From Tagaea sp. (GTDB lineage Bacteria; Pseudomonadota; Alphaproteobacteria; CACIAM-22H2), in NCBI GenBank assembly GCA_965279525.1, contig CBDIIB010000005.1, positions 1,727,018 to 1,791,017 of the forward strand: a stretch of 64,000 nucleotides of DNA, read 5' to 3'. The notes below the pieces were generated by a model. The model was not told the origin of the DNA. It worked only from the letters and a program-made list of their open reading frames with translations, and searched no databases. Numbering within the stretch: position 1 is the stretch's first letter; every line of letters begins with the position of its first letter. Positions 19,226 through 29,243 of this stretch are shown here, piece by piece. The position numbers were made by a program, and so were the translations under genes.

Positions 19226-20590
19226 ATGTCCCAGTCCGCCCTCAACGCGGCCCTGTCCGCGCTCTTCGCCAACAGCGCGAGCGTCGCGCAGCGCGCGGGC
19301 AATGTCGCGAACGCGCAGACCGGCGGCTACAAGGCGATCGAGGCGCGGCTGTCCGCACTCGCAGGCGCAGGTGGCGCCGGGGCCGGCGTCGTCGCCACGC
19401 CGGTCGCGACCAACGCGCTGTCGGGCACCATCCTTCAGTCGGCGAGTGCGACGTCCATCGCGGTGACCGGGTCGGGCTTCCTGCCGGTGCGCGAGACGGT
19501 TTCGGGCACGGGCGAAACGCTCTACACGCGCCGCGGCGATTTTTCGCCGGATGGCGAGGGCTATCTTCGCAACGGCGCGGGCCAGGTGCTTTATGCGCGC
19601 GCCGTCGGCGGGGCGGGGCCGCTCGTACCCGTGCGCATCGAGCGCGCCGACGTGCCGGCCGTTCCCACATCCGCCGCGCACTATGCGGCGAACCTGCCGG
19701 CCAATGCGCCGCCGGGCACGGTGGTGAATGGCGGCTCGATCGCCATCGTCGATGCGCAAGGCAACACGCGCAGCTTCGACATCGTCTGGCACAACCGCAC
19801 CACCGCCGGCGGCACGTTGCCCGGCGTGGCGCCGGGCCCGACGACCGGTTCGGCCGCGATCCCGGCTTCCGCCGCCGGCACCGTGCCGCAATGGCGCGCG
19901 GTGCTGACCGCGACGACCGGCTCGGCCAACGGGGCCGAAAGCCTCGCGCTCGATTTCTCGTTCGGCACGTCTGCCGGCGTGGATGCGGGCCTGCCGGTCG
20001 CGGTATCCGTGCAGTCGACAAATCCCGCCACGCTGTCGGGTGCCGTTTCGGGCGGGCGCGTCACGCTCGGCTATGGCGCACCGGCCGCGTCGCCCGCACC
20101 GTTGCAGACCATCGCGGTCGAGTTCGGCGCACCGGCCCCGGCGGCCGGATCGCCGTCGCTGCTGGGGGCCGCCGGCGGGATGACCGCGTTCGGGGCCGCG
20201 TCGATCTCGATTTCGCAGGCGTCTGCCGACGGCAGTGCCGCCGCGCGCTTCATCGGCGCCGGCATCGATGCGGACGGGCAGGTCTATACGAGCTATTCCG
20301 ACGGGCGGCGTGTCGCGGCCTATCAGGTCGTGCTCGCCGGCTTCGCCAATGCCGATAGCCTGTCGGCGCAGAACGGCGAGACGTTCCGGGCCAATCCGGG
20401 TTCGGGCGATGCGACATTGTCGGCCGCCGCGCGCGGCGCGCTTGCGGCCAATTCGGCGGAAGCCTCGAACGTGGATCTCGGCAACGAGCTTGTCCGCACG
20501 CTGGTCGCCCAGCGCGCCTACACGGCCAGTGCGCGCCTTGTGGCAACCAGCGACGCGATGCTGAAGGAACTGACGCGCCTGCGCCGCTGA
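19226..20590 (+). CDS. flgE: flagellar hook protein FlgE-like (flagellar hook/basal-body family)
   Basis: 454 aa. N-terminus has NVANAQTGGYK (flagellar basal-body rod/hook N-terminal motif). C-terminus has SNVDLGNELVRTLVAQRAYTASARLVATSDAMLKELTRL (FlgE/FlgG C-terminal motif). Gly/Ala/Thr-rich central domain. Confidence 0.75.
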   Translation: MSQSALNAALSALFANSASVAQRAGNVANAQTGGYKAIEARLSALAGAGGAGAGVVATPVATNALSGTILQSASATSIAVTGSGFLPVRETVSGTGETLYTRRGDFSPDGEGYLRNGAGQVLYARAVGGAGPLVPVRIERADVPAVPTSAAHYAANLPANAPPGTVVNGGSIAIVDAQGNTRSFDIVWHNRTTAGGTLPGVAPGPTTGSAAIPASAAGTVPQWRAVLTATTGSANGAESLALDFSFGTSAGVDAGLPVAVSVQSTNPATLSGAVSGGRVTLGYGAPAASPAPLQTIAVEFGAPAPAAGSPSLLGAAGGMTAFGAASISISQASADGSAAARFIGAGIDADGQVYTSYSDGRRVAAYQVVLAGFANADSLSAQNGETFRANPGSGDATLSAAARGALAANSAEASNVDLGNELVRTLVAQRAYTASARLVATSDAMLKELTRLRR

Positions 20591-20610
20591 CGTTCCCTGG
20601 AGTTTTCCGG

Positions 20611-21414
20611 ATGAAATCCCCCGCGTTCGCGTCCCTTGCGGTTCTTCTGACGCTTTGCGCACCCGCCGCCGCACAGGCCGATCCGTGCGCCGGGCGCGAT
20701 GCGGCGCGCAATGTCGCGGGCGACAGGCTGTGTCTGGCGATGCGCGCGTTCGGGGCGCCGACGGCACCGGGCGGCACGCTCGTCGTCGTGCTGCATGGCG
20801 ACGCCAGCTCGGGCGGGCCGGCCAACTATCATTTCGAGCTGGCGCGCGAGATCGCCGCCGCGCGCCCGGCGGCGTCCGTCGTCGCCCTCGTGCGGCCCGG
20901 CTATGCCGATGGCGATGGACTGACGTCGGACGGCAACCTCCATGGGCGGCGCGACCATTACACACCTGAGAACATCGACGCGGTCGCCGCGTCCATCGCT
21001 TCGTTGCGCGCGCGCACCGGGGCCGCGCGCGTCGTCGGCATCGGGCATTCGGGCGGGGCGGCCACGCTTGGCGTCATCGTCGGCCGCCGGCCGGGCACGC
21101 TTGACGCGGCGGTGCTGCTGGCCTGCCCGTGCGATATCCCCAACTGGCGCGCGATGAACAGCGGCCGGCCCTGGGCGCAGAGCCTGTCGCCGCACGATTT
21201 CATCGCCGCGATCCCGGCGGGCACGCGCGTGATCCTCGCCGTGGGTACGGGCGACAACAACACCTGGCCGCGCCTGTCGGAGAACTATGTCGCCGCCTTG
21301 AAGAAGCGCGAGCTGCCGGCCGAGCTCGTGGCGATCGACGGCGTGGGCCACAACATGAATGCCGGCATGCGCGCGACGGTGCTGAAGCTGTTCGCCGACG
21401 GCAAGCTCGACTGA
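20611..21414 (+). CDS. secreted alpha/beta-hydrolase fold protein
   Basis: 267 aa with signal peptide. GHSGG nucleophile-elbow motif and downstream Asp/His candidates present. Confidence 0.65.
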   Translation: MKSPAFASLAVLLTLCAPAAAQADPCAGRDAARNVAGDRLCLAMRAFGAPTAPGGTLVVVLHGDASSGGPANYHFELAREIAAARPAASVVALVRPGYADGDGLTSDGNLHGRRDHYTPENIDAVAASIASLRARTGAARVVGIGHSGGAATLGVIVGRRPGTLDAAVLLACPCDIPNWRAMNSGRPWAQSLSPHDFIAAIPAGTRVILAVGTGDNNTWPRLSENYVAALKKRELPAELVAIDGVGHNMNAGMRATVLKLFADGKLD

Positions 21415-21430
21415 GGGCGCTTGCGAGCCG

Positions 21431-23620
21431 TCAGACCGGCGGGTCGAAATCGATCCGGGCCTGCAGGCCGGCGGGCTCGACGTTGCGCAAGGTCAGCCGG
21501 CCGCCCATCAGCTTGAGCAGCTCCATGGTGATGGCGAGGCCCAGCCCGGCGCCCTCGTTGTCGCTCACCAGATCGCTGCGCGCCTGGACGAAGGGCTGGC
21601 CGATCCGGCGCATGACGTCGGGCGGGATGCCGGGGCCCTCGTCGCGGACCTCGAGCATGCTGCCACCGCCGTCCTTGCGCGCGACGCGCAGCGTGATCCG
21701 CCCGCCCGTGGGCGAGAACTTCACGGCATTGCCGATGATGTTGATCAGCACCTGCAGCATCGCGCGCGGGTCGGTCGCGAACTCCATGCCCTCTTCCAGA
21801 TGCTCGACGATCTCGATCTTCTTGGTCGCGATGCGCGCGCGCAGGACCTGCGACGCCTCGATCATCGCGCCGCGCAGATCGACGGGCTGGACATCGCGCA
21901 GGGCGGCACCGCCGTGGATGCGGCTGAGATCGAGGATGTCGTTGATCAGCGACAGCAGGTGCCGGCCGGCGCCCAGGATCAGCTGGATGTATTCGCGGTA
22001 ACGCGGGGAATCGGCAGGGCCCGCGATGCCCATGTCGATCGACTCCGAAAAGCCGATGATCGCGTTGAGCGGCGTGCGCAGTTCGTGGCTCATCGTGGCG
22101 AGGAACTTCGACTTGGCCGCACTCGCCTGCTCGGCGAGTTCGCGCAGCCGCTCCTGCTCGTTCGCCACCTCGGCAAGATGCTCCTCGTTCGCGAGGATGT
22201 CGGTCATGTCGCGCACGACGGCAAGGTACATCGGCGATCCGAGCACGGTGACCTTCGAGATCGAGACCATCGCCGGGAACTCGCGGCCCGAGGCGTGCAG
22301 GCCCTTGACGGCGCGCCAGTTGCTCATCGCGCGCGAGACGTCGGGTGCCTGCGCCATGTCGCGCATCAGGCCGGCATGGCGCACGCGCATCGCGGCCGGC
22401 AGCAAGGGGTCGAGCGGCCCGCCGGCGAGATCGCTCTCGCTTGCGCCGAAGATGCCCTCCGCCGCGCGGTTCACGGCGGTGATGTGCAGGTTCTCGTCGA
22501 GCGTGATGATGCCGTCATGGGCGCTGGCAAGCACCGCGCGCAGGCGCTGCTCGGACGTGATCGCCGCGTCGCGCTGCACGGCGACGAGACGCGAACGGTC
22601 CGCGGCCTTGCGGATCGTGACGAAAGCCAGCAGGGCGAAGCCGCTCGCCGCGACGAGGACGAGGATGCCGAGTGCGATGAACGGTGCGTGCGGCTCGATC
22701 GAGTGCCACGAAAGCGGTGTCACGTCGAACGAGATGGTCAGCACCAGCGGCAGCGGGGCGAGCCCGTAATGGACGCCGATGCGCCGGATGCCGTCGGTCG
22801 CGGCCGGGCCTTCGAAGCGGCCCTTCAGCTGGCCCGGGTAGTTCCGGAAAGCGAGGGCGTCGGGGAGAAACTGCCCGGAAAACCGAACATCGAACGGCGC
22901 CGCGACGAGGCCGACCCGGTCGTCGCGCAAGAGCGATATCCTGTCGGTCGGGGCGTGGCGCAGCAGGTCGAACAGTTCGACGAAATTGTCCTCGGGTATG
23001 GTCGCCGTCAGGATCGCGCGGATCCGCCCGCCGCCGTCGCGGTACGCGCGCGAGATCGGCAGCAGCCGGAATTCGCGCACTCGGCCCTGGACCGGGGCGG
23101 CGATCACCGATCCGGTCTTCGCGACCTTCCGCAGGTCGGCTTCGCGTGACGGTTCGAAATGGGCGGCGAACGGCTCGCGGTCCGCGACGTTGATGCCCGC
23201 TTTTTCCGTCGCATCCGAGCCGTCCGGTCGCCAGATGTTGATGTCGATGCCAGCCGCGGAAAACTGCCGGTCGACGCGCGCCTTGATCGCCAGAAGCGCG
23301 TTGATATCCGTGACCGCCGGCTCGGACCGGTCGAGCAGGTCTTCGACCGTGTCGAGCGCGCGCTCCATGTTCTCGTACTGCCCGGACACGTAGCGGCCGA
23401 GCGCGACGATGTTCCGCTCTTCTTCCGCGAGGCGGGCATCGATGGCGGTCGTATGGCTGAAATAGACGGATGCGGCGAGGCCTGCGACCGCCACGAGGAT
23501 CGTCGCGATGGCGGCGGCGGCGACTGCGCGCAGTCCTTGATGCGATTCCCTGAAGTCTGAACCCGGGATGTCCGAACTCGACCCAGCCATCAGCTTCAAG
23601 AGGGACCTTGCCTTCTGCAC
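21431..23620 (-). CDS. sensor histidine kinase with periplasmic sensor and PAS domain
   Basis: 729 aa. Two TM helices flank a roughly 250-aa periplasmic domain. Cytoplasmic PAS domain, H-box ATMSHELRTPLNAI, HATPase G-boxes. No receiver domain. Confidence 0.85.
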   Translation of the reverse strand: MQKARSLLKLMAGSSSDIPGSDFRESHQGLRAVAAAAIATILVAVAGLAASVYFSHTTAIDARLAEEERNIVALGRYVSGQYENMERALDTVEDLLDRSEPAVTDINALLAIKARVDRQFSAAGIDINIWRPDGSDATEKAGINVADREPFAAHFEPSREADLRKVAKTGSVIAAPVQGRVREFRLLPISRAYRDGGGRIRAILTATIPEDNFVELFDLLRHAPTDRISLLRDDRVGLVAAPFDVRFSGQFLPDALAFRNYPGQLKGRFEGPAATDGIRRIGVHYGLAPLPLVLTISFDVTPLSWHSIEPHAPFIALGILVLVAASGFALLAFVTIRKAADRSRLVAVQRDAAITSEQRLRAVLASAHDGIITLDENLHITAVNRAAEGIFGASESDLAGGPLDPLLPAAMRVRHAGLMRDMAQAPDVSRAMSNWRAVKGLHASGREFPAMVSISKVTVLGSPMYLAVVRDMTDILANEEHLAEVANEQERLRELAEQASAAKSKFLATMSHELRTPLNAIIGFSESIDMGIAGPADSPRYREYIQLILGAGRHLLSLINDILDLSRIHGGAALRDVQPVDLRGAMIEASQVLRARIATKKIEIVEHLEEGMEFATDPRAMLQVLINIIGNAVKFSPTGGRITLRVARKDGGGSMLEVRDEGPGIPPDVMRRIGQPFVQARSDLVSDNEGAGLGLAITMELLKLMGGRLTLRNVEPAGLQARIDFDPPV

Positions 23621-23820
23621 GGCGGACCCCGGGGGAAGTCGGCTGGTGAACGAAACCAGTTATCGTAAGTAAACTCTATTTATTCAACTCAAATGCGAGT
23701 CGGGGCCCGCGAACGGCGCCGCGATCTTGGGCAGGCGGCCCGCGAACCACCTGCGACAATCGTGAAATTGTGCAGATGCCGCTTGGGTTTCCGGGTACCC
23801 GGGGACGCTGGCGCGCGTTT

Positions 23821-23871
23821 ATGCATGCTGCACGCAAGAATCCCTGCAGAAAATGCATTGCTGCATCGCAA
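23821..23871. promoter_or_regulatory. tandem copies of a 17-19 bp motif (ATGCATGCTGCACGCAA / ATGCATTGCTGCATCGCAA) in a divergent promoter region; candidate operator
   Basis: Two near-identical copies spaced 32 bp centre to centre, in the lower-GC 350-bp intergenic region between the histidine kinase and the DUF1127 gene. A TTAAC half-site follows the second copy. Confidence 0.3.
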
Positions 23872-23974
23872 CATTAACTGCGCCAACACCCGGATTTCAC
23901 TCGTACATTTTCATACCGCATCACAGCGCGACGGGCCGATTGGCGACCCGCCGATCCCACAACGAGGTTCCCCG

Positions 23975-24340
23975 ATGTCCCGCATCGACCCGTCCCGCAT
24001 CCCCGCCACCCTGTCGGCCTTCGACATGGAACTGGCCGCCCGCCATTACCGCGCCGCGCGCATCGGCGCCGACATCGCCGAGCTGATCGTCGCGGTTTCG
24101 CGTGGCATCGACCGCCTGGCAGCCGCCTATCGCGGCTGGTACGAGCGCCAGCTGGTCATCGAGGCCCTCGAGCGTCTGGACGACCGCAGCCTCGCCGACA
24201 TCGGCATCGCGCGCGACGGGATCGCCCGCTTCGCGGCCGGCCATGTCGCGCGTCACGACGCCGACGGGCATCTCTATGTCGCGGGCACGATCGAGGGAAC
24301 GGAAGCCAACACGCAGACCGGCGGTCGCGTCGCGGCCTGA
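23975..24340 (+). CDS. DUF1127 domain protein
   Basis: 121 aa. LERLDDRSLADIGIARDGI matches the conserved C-terminal DUF1127 signature. The six-frame ORF extension upstream to 23693 looks non-coding. Confidence 0.6.
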   Translation: MSRIDPSRIPATLSAFDMELAARHYRAARIGADIAELIVAVSRGIDRLAAAYRGWYERQLVIEALERLDDRSLADIGIARDGIARFAAGHVARHDADGHLYVAGTIEGTEANTQTGGRVAA

Positions 24341-24372
24341 AGGGTCATCGCGGGCGGGCGGGCGGGGAACGG

Positions 24373-25395
24373 TCAGTAGATCAGATCGTCCTCGCCGCCG
24401 GCGCCGCCCTTCGACAGCACGATCTCGTCCTTCGCGGCGAGTTCCTTGGCGACGTTGACCATCGCCGTCTGCGCTTCGGCCACGTCCTTGCCGCGCACCG
24501 GCCCCAGCGCTTCGATCTCCTCGCGCAGCATCTTTCCCGCGCGCTCCGACATGTTGGAGAAGAACAGGTCGCGCACCTGTTCGTTCGCACCCTTCATCGC
24601 GATGGCGAGCTTGCCCTTGTCGACCGCGCGCAGCAGCGTCTGCACGCCGCCGGGGTCGAGACGGCCAAGATCCTCGAACTTGAACATCAGCGCCTTGATC
24701 TTCTCGGCACTGTCGCGGTTGCGCTCTTCAAGGGCGGTCGTGAAGCGGCCTTCGGTCTGGCGGTCGAGGGAATTGAAGATTTCCGCCATCAGCTCGTGGT
24801 TGTCCTTGCGGCTGGTCTTGGCAAGGTTCGACATGAACTCGTTGCGCAGCACGCGTTCGAGATCGTCGAGAACCTCTTTCTGGACCGTCTCCATGCGCAG
24901 CATGCGCATGACGACTTCCATCGCGAAGGCTTCCGGCAGCGTGCCCATGACGCGCGCCCCGTGGTCGGAGCGGATCTTCGAGAGCACGACGGCGACGGTC
25001 TGCGGATATTCGTTCTTGAGGTAGTTGGCGAGCACCGCCTCGTTGACGTTGCCGAGCTTGTCCCACATCGTGCGGCCGGCGGGGCCGCGGATGTCGTCCA
25101 TGATGCCGGACAGCCGGTTCTTGTCGAGGATCTTGCCGAGCAGCCGTTCGGTCGAATCGAACGAGCCCACGAGCGAGCCGGTCGCGGAAATCTGGTCGGC
25201 GAATTCGATGATCAGGCGTTCGATGATCGAGGAATTGACGTTGCCCAGCCCCGCCATCGACTGGGAGATCTCCTTGATCTCCTCGTCGCTCATCAGCGCG
25301 AACAGCTTGGTCGCGACCTGTTCGCCCAGCGACAGCAGCAGGATCGAGGCCTTGTCCTTGCCCGATAGCGTCCTGTAGTCGTCGCGTACGCGCAT
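24373..25395 (-). CDS. fliG: flagellar motor switch protein FliG
   Basis: 340 aa, full-length similarity to FliG including the C-terminal torque-generating helix region. Confidence 0.92.
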   Translation of the reverse strand: MRVRDDYRTLSGKDKASILLLSLGEQVATKLFALMSDEEIKEISQSMAGLGNVNSSIIERLIIEFADQISATGSLVGSFDSTERLLGKILDKNRLSGIMDDIRGPAGRTMWDKLGNVNEAVLANYLKNEYPQTVAVVLSKIRSDHGARVMGTLPEAFAMEVVMRMLRMETVQKEVLDDLERVLRNEFMSNLAKTSRKDNHELMAEIFNSLDRQTEGRFTTALEERNRDSAEKIKALMFKFEDLGRLDPGGVQTLLRAVDKGKLAIAMKGANEQVRDLFFSNMSERAGKMLREEIEALGPVRGKDVAEAQTAMVNVAKELAAKDEIVLSKGGAGGEDDLIY

Positions 25396-25467
25396 GCGGG
25401 GTGTCCGATCGGCGACCGTTCACGTCGGCGCGGGCCCGCGCTTCCCGGAAAGGCAGCGACGATTGTA

Positions 25468-27231
25468 TCAGGAATCGCGATTCGCGGGGCGGAATTCGGC
25501 CGTCCAGCGTTGGGTCCAGGCCGGCAGGTCGTCGGCCGGCATCGGGCGCGCGATCGCGTAGCCCTGGCCCGTGCGACACCCGTGCGCCACCAGCACGTCC
25601 CGGCAGGCGAGATCCTCGATCCCCTCTGCGACGATGGCGATGCCCAGTGCCTCGCACAGCACGGCCACGCTGCGCAGCAGGATCGCGTCGAAGCTGCCAG
25701 CCGCGATGCCGGAGATGAAGCTGCGGTCGATCTTGACCTCGCGCACGGGGAAGTCGCGCAAGTACGAGAACGACGTGTAGCCGGCGCCGAAATCGTCGAT
25801 CGAGAACGCGATGCCGTGGCTGCCCAGCCGGGCGACCGCCTCGCGCGCGGCCGCCTGGTTGACCAGCAGGGCGGTCTCGGTGATCTCGAAACAGACCAGC
25901 TTGTGCGGAACCCGGTAGCGCGCCAGCAGGTCGAGGATGTCGCGCTCGAGCGTCTCGCGCTCCAGCATCCGGGCCGACAGGTTGATCGCGACGGGGACCT
26001 GCGATCCGGCGTCGAGCCATGCGCGCATCTGGCCCAGCACGAGTTCGACCGTGTGGTAGGTGAAGAAATCGAGCAGCCGCGACTGCTCGACCGCGGGCAG
26101 GAAGTCGGCCGGGCGCACGACGTCGCCCGCCCCCCGGTTCCAGCGCACAAGCGCTTCGAGCCCGAGGACCTTGCCGGTGACGAGATCGACCTTCGGCTGG
26201 TAGTGCATCTCCAGCTCGCGGCCCAGCATCGCCTGCTCGATCCGGCCGAGCACGGCCTGGCTGGCGTCAGCCGGCATCTCGTCGGCCCCGGCATCGACCA
26301 CGACCGACAGCATCCGGCGCTTGGACTGGTACATCGCGCGGTCGGCGCGCGACATCAGCTGGTGGGCGTCGGTCCCGTGCTGCGGGCAGAACGCCACGCC
26401 GACCGAGACGCCGACGACAAGCCGCCTGCCGTCGACGGCGATGGGCAGGTGCAGCGATGCCGCGAGCCGGCCGGCGAGCTGGGTCGCGATCTCGACGCTT
26501 TCCACGCCGGGCAGGATCGCGGCGAACTCGTCCCCGCCCAGGCGCGCCAGCGTGTCGGATTCGCGCAACGTCGCGGCCATCCGCTTGCCGACCTCGCGCA
26601 GCACCGCGTCGCCCGCGGCATGGCCGAACGCCTCGTTCACTTCCTTGAAGCGGTTGAGATCCATCATCAGCACGGCGAAGCCGACATGGTCGCGCCTGTG
26701 CGCGAGGCAGCAATGCCCGAGGCGGTCGAAGAACAGGTTGCGGTTCGGCAGGCCCGTGAGCCCGTCATAGAGGCTCTGCTGGCGCAGCTGCTGTTCGGCC
26801 GACACGAGCCTGTTCTGCATCTGCGACCAGCGCAGGCCGTTGTCGAGCGCCTGGTGCAGCTTCCTGCGGTCGAGGCCGGCCTTGGGCAGGTAGTCGAACA
26901 CGCCGTCGCGCATCGCCTCGACGGCACTCGTCTCGGTGCCCATGCCCGTCACCATGATGATCGGGCAGTCGCGGCCGAGATTGGCCTGGATGAAGGGGAT
27001 CAGCGTCGTGCCCGCCCCGTCGGCGAGCCGGAAATCGAGGATGATGCAGTCGTAGGCCGTCCGGCCGATCTCCTGCGAGGCGTCGACGAGCGAGGCCGCC
27101 TCGATGACGCGGGTAGGCCTCGAGTACTGCGCGAGGAAACGGCGGATCTTCTCGCGGTCGACGTCGTCGTCGTCGACGAGCAGGATCTCGAGCATCCGGT
27201 CGGGCGGAGGAAGGGCCTGCTCGGTGATCAT
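25468..27231 (-). CDS. response regulator with GGDEF and EAL domains (c-di-GMP turnover)
   Basis: 587 aa. N-terminal receiver (LLVDDDDVD...DFRLADG), GGDEF domain with intact GGDEF motif (ARLGGDEFAAIL), EAL domain with EALVRW and DDFGAGYTS motifs. Confidence 0.9.
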   Translation of the reverse strand: MITEQALPPPDRMLEILLVDDDDVDREKIRRFLAQYSRPTRVIEAASLVDASQEIGRTAYDCIILDFRLADGAGTTLIPFIQANLGRDCPIIMVTGMGTETSAVEAMRDGVFDYLPKAGLDRRKLHQALDNGLRWSQMQNRLVSAEQQLRQQSLYDGLTGLPNRNLFFDRLGHCCLAHRRDHVGFAVLMMDLNRFKEVNEAFGHAAGDAVLREVGKRMAATLRESDTLARLGGDEFAAILPGVESVEIATQLAGRLAASLHLPIAVDGRRLVVGVSVGVAFCPQHGTDAHQLMSRADRAMYQSKRRMLSVVVDAGADEMPADASQAVLGRIEQAMLGRELEMHYQPKVDLVTGKVLGLEALVRWNRGAGDVVRPADFLPAVEQSRLLDFFTYHTVELVLGQMRAWLDAGSQVPVAINLSARMLERETLERDILDLLARYRVPHKLVCFEITETALLVNQAAAREAVARLGSHGIAFSIDDFGAGYTSFSYLRDFPVREVKIDRSFISGIAAGSFDAILLRSVAVLCEALGIAIVAEGIEDLACRDVLVAHGCRTGQGYAIARPMPADDLPAWTQRWTAEFRPANRDS

Positions 27232-27662
27232 GCGCCGGCCCCGGGGTTCGCGTTCTGGCGGAAGCCCTGCATCAGGCTGACGAAGTTCGAATGCTGGGGG
27301 CCGGCACCCGACTTCACCATGTAGCCGGCGATGCCCAGCTCCTGCGCCCGCCGCCGGTCGGCGTCGGAGTTCGACGTCGTCAGCACGAACACGGTCGCCC
27401 GACGCAGCTCGTCGTCCGCGCGCAGCGCTTCGATCAGTTCCAGCCCGTTCATGCGCGGCATGTTGAGATCGACCACGACCACATAGGGGGCGTGGATCGA
27501 CTTGGCCGGATGCTGGCCGCGCAGCAGGTCGAGCGCTTCCATCCCGTCCTCGGCGATCACGACGTTCCAGTCGTGGCCGCTCCGGCGGATGCCGCGCACG
27601 ACCGCCTCGGCGGCCACGTCGTCGTCCTCGACGAGCAGGATGTTGAACGCGCGCTCAGCCAT
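27228..27662 (-). CDS. single-domain response regulator (CheY-like receiver)
   Basis: 144 aa from MAERAFNILLVEDDD. Phospho-acceptor Asp in VVVDLNMP, conserved T/K positions present. Stop overlaps the downstream GGDEF-EAL start; start overlaps the upstream kinase stop. Confidence 0.85.
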   Translation of the reverse strand: MAERAFNILLVEDDDVAAEAVVRGIRRSGHDWNVVIAEDGMEALDLLRGQHPAKSIHAPYVVVVDLNMPRMNGLELIEALRADDELRRATVFVLTTSNSDADRRRAQELGIAGYMVKSGAGPQHSNFVSLMQGFRQNANPGAGA

Positions 27663-29115
27663 CGCTGTCGACCTTGCGCATCCGCACGTTGGGCCACAGC
27701 ACGCGGAAATGGGCCCCGCCCATGGCGCTTTCGCCCTGATAGTCGACCTCGCCGCCGTGGCGCGTGACGATGCGCCGCGTGACCGCAAGGCCGATGCCGT
27801 GGCCTTCGGTCTTCGTCGTGGCTCGGTGGAACAGGCGGAAGATCTGGTTGCGCGCTGTCTCCGGCACGCCCTGGCCGTCGTCCTCGACATGGAAGGCGCA
27901 GTAGCGGCCCTCGCTGCGCACCGAAATGCGGATCGTCGCGTCCGGCCGCCCGGCATGCTTCAGCGCGTTCTCCAGCAGGTTTCGCAACGCTGTCTGCAGC
28001 GGCACGCTCGTGGTGTCGAACGGCGCCACGTCCGGGCCGACCTCGATCTCGATGCGGGCACCCGCCGACCGGTTGACCAGCAGGACCAGCGATTCGAGCA
28101 TCTCGCGCGGCGAGACCTTGCTGATCTCGTCGTCCATGGCGCCGGCGCGCGCGTAGGTCAGCAGGTCGTCGATCATCCGCTCGGTGCGCGCGACGCGGAC
28201 CTGGATGCGGTCGAAATTGCCGCGCACGCTGTCGGTCATGCGCGCCTCGTCGAGCTCCTCGCGGATCCATTCGAGCAGGTCGGAAATGCCGCGCAGGGGC
28301 GAGCGCAGGTCGTGCGAGGCGACGTAGGTGAACTCCTCGAGATTGGCGTTGGCCTGGCGCAGGTTGTTCTCGAGATCCTTGCGCAGCGAGATGTCGGTGA
28401 CGGCCGCGAGCGTCAGCTTGCCGCCGCCCTGCTCGATGGGGGCCAGCGCGATCTCGACCGGGAACTCGGCGCCGCTGCTGTGCATGGCCATCAGGTCGCG
28501 CCCCGTGCCCATCGCGCGGATGCTGGGCGCCATCGCGTAGCTGTCGCGGAAACCCACATGCTGCTTGCGGATGCGCGCGGGGATCAGCACTTCCAGCGCC
28601 TTGCCCTTGAGCGCGTCGGGCGCGTAGCCGAACATCGCGTCGGTGCGCGCGTTGGTCAGCGCGATCTTGCCCGCCGCGTCGACGAGCAGCAGGCCGAAGG
28701 GCATGGCGCCGAACATCTGGGCGAACTGCGCTTCGAGGCGGTGGCGCTGCGTGAGGTCGATGACGAAGGCCATCGCCTGCGAGTCCGCGCCGTCGCCCAC
28801 CACGCCGAGGCCGATCTCGATCGGGAACAGGTGGCCGTCGGCATGGCGCGCGCGAAGTTCGCGCCCGCTGCCCATCGCGCGCGGCTCGGGTGCGCGCAGG
28901 AAGGCGTTGCGCCAGTCGACATGGGCATGCCGGCTCGGCTCGGGCAGCAGCATCTCGACAAGCTGGCCCTTCATGTCGCCGATCGCGTAGCCGAACATCT
29001 GGGCCAGCACCGCGTTGACGTAGACGATGGTGCCGGTCTGGTCGACGACGAGCACGCCGATCGGGGCGGCGTCGACGATGCTCGAGAGATTGATGTCGGT
29101 ACGCGCGTCGGCCAT
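27655..29115 (-). CDS. PAS-PAS sensor histidine kinase (cytoplasmic)
   Basis: 486 aa. Two PAS domains, H-box YVASHDLRSPLRGI, HATPase N/G boxes. No TM helices. Confidence 0.88.
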   Translation of the reverse strand: MADARTDINLSSIVDAAPIGVLVVDQTGTIVYVNAVLAQMFGYAIGDMKGQLVEMLLPEPSRHAHVDWRNAFLRAPEPRAMGSGRELRARHADGHLFPIEIGLGVVGDGADSQAMAFVIDLTQRHRLEAQFAQMFGAMPFGLLLVDAAGKIALTNARTDAMFGYAPDALKGKALEVLIPARIRKQHVGFRDSYAMAPSIRAMGTGRDLMAMHSSGAEFPVEIALAPIEQGGGKLTLAAVTDISLRKDLENNLRQANANLEEFTYVASHDLRSPLRGISDLLEWIREELDEARMTDSVRGNFDRIQVRVARTERMIDDLLTYARAGAMDDEISKVSPREMLESLVLLVNRSAGARIEIEVGPDVAPFDTTSVPLQTALRNLLENALKHAGRPDATIRISVRSEGRYCAFHVEDDGQGVPETARNQIFRLFHRATTKTEGHGIGLAVTRRIVTRHGGEVDYQGESAMGGAHFRVLWPNVRMRKVDSDG

Positions 29116-29243
29116 GGACCCACCGGGATGCAGGGATGCATCCTGCGTGGAATGTCCTACAAAAACCCTAACGCGAAAACCGGGTCTTCGCGAATATGGT
29201 TAATTTCGCGTGCGAATCACAGCCTGAAGGCGTAGCCCTGGTT

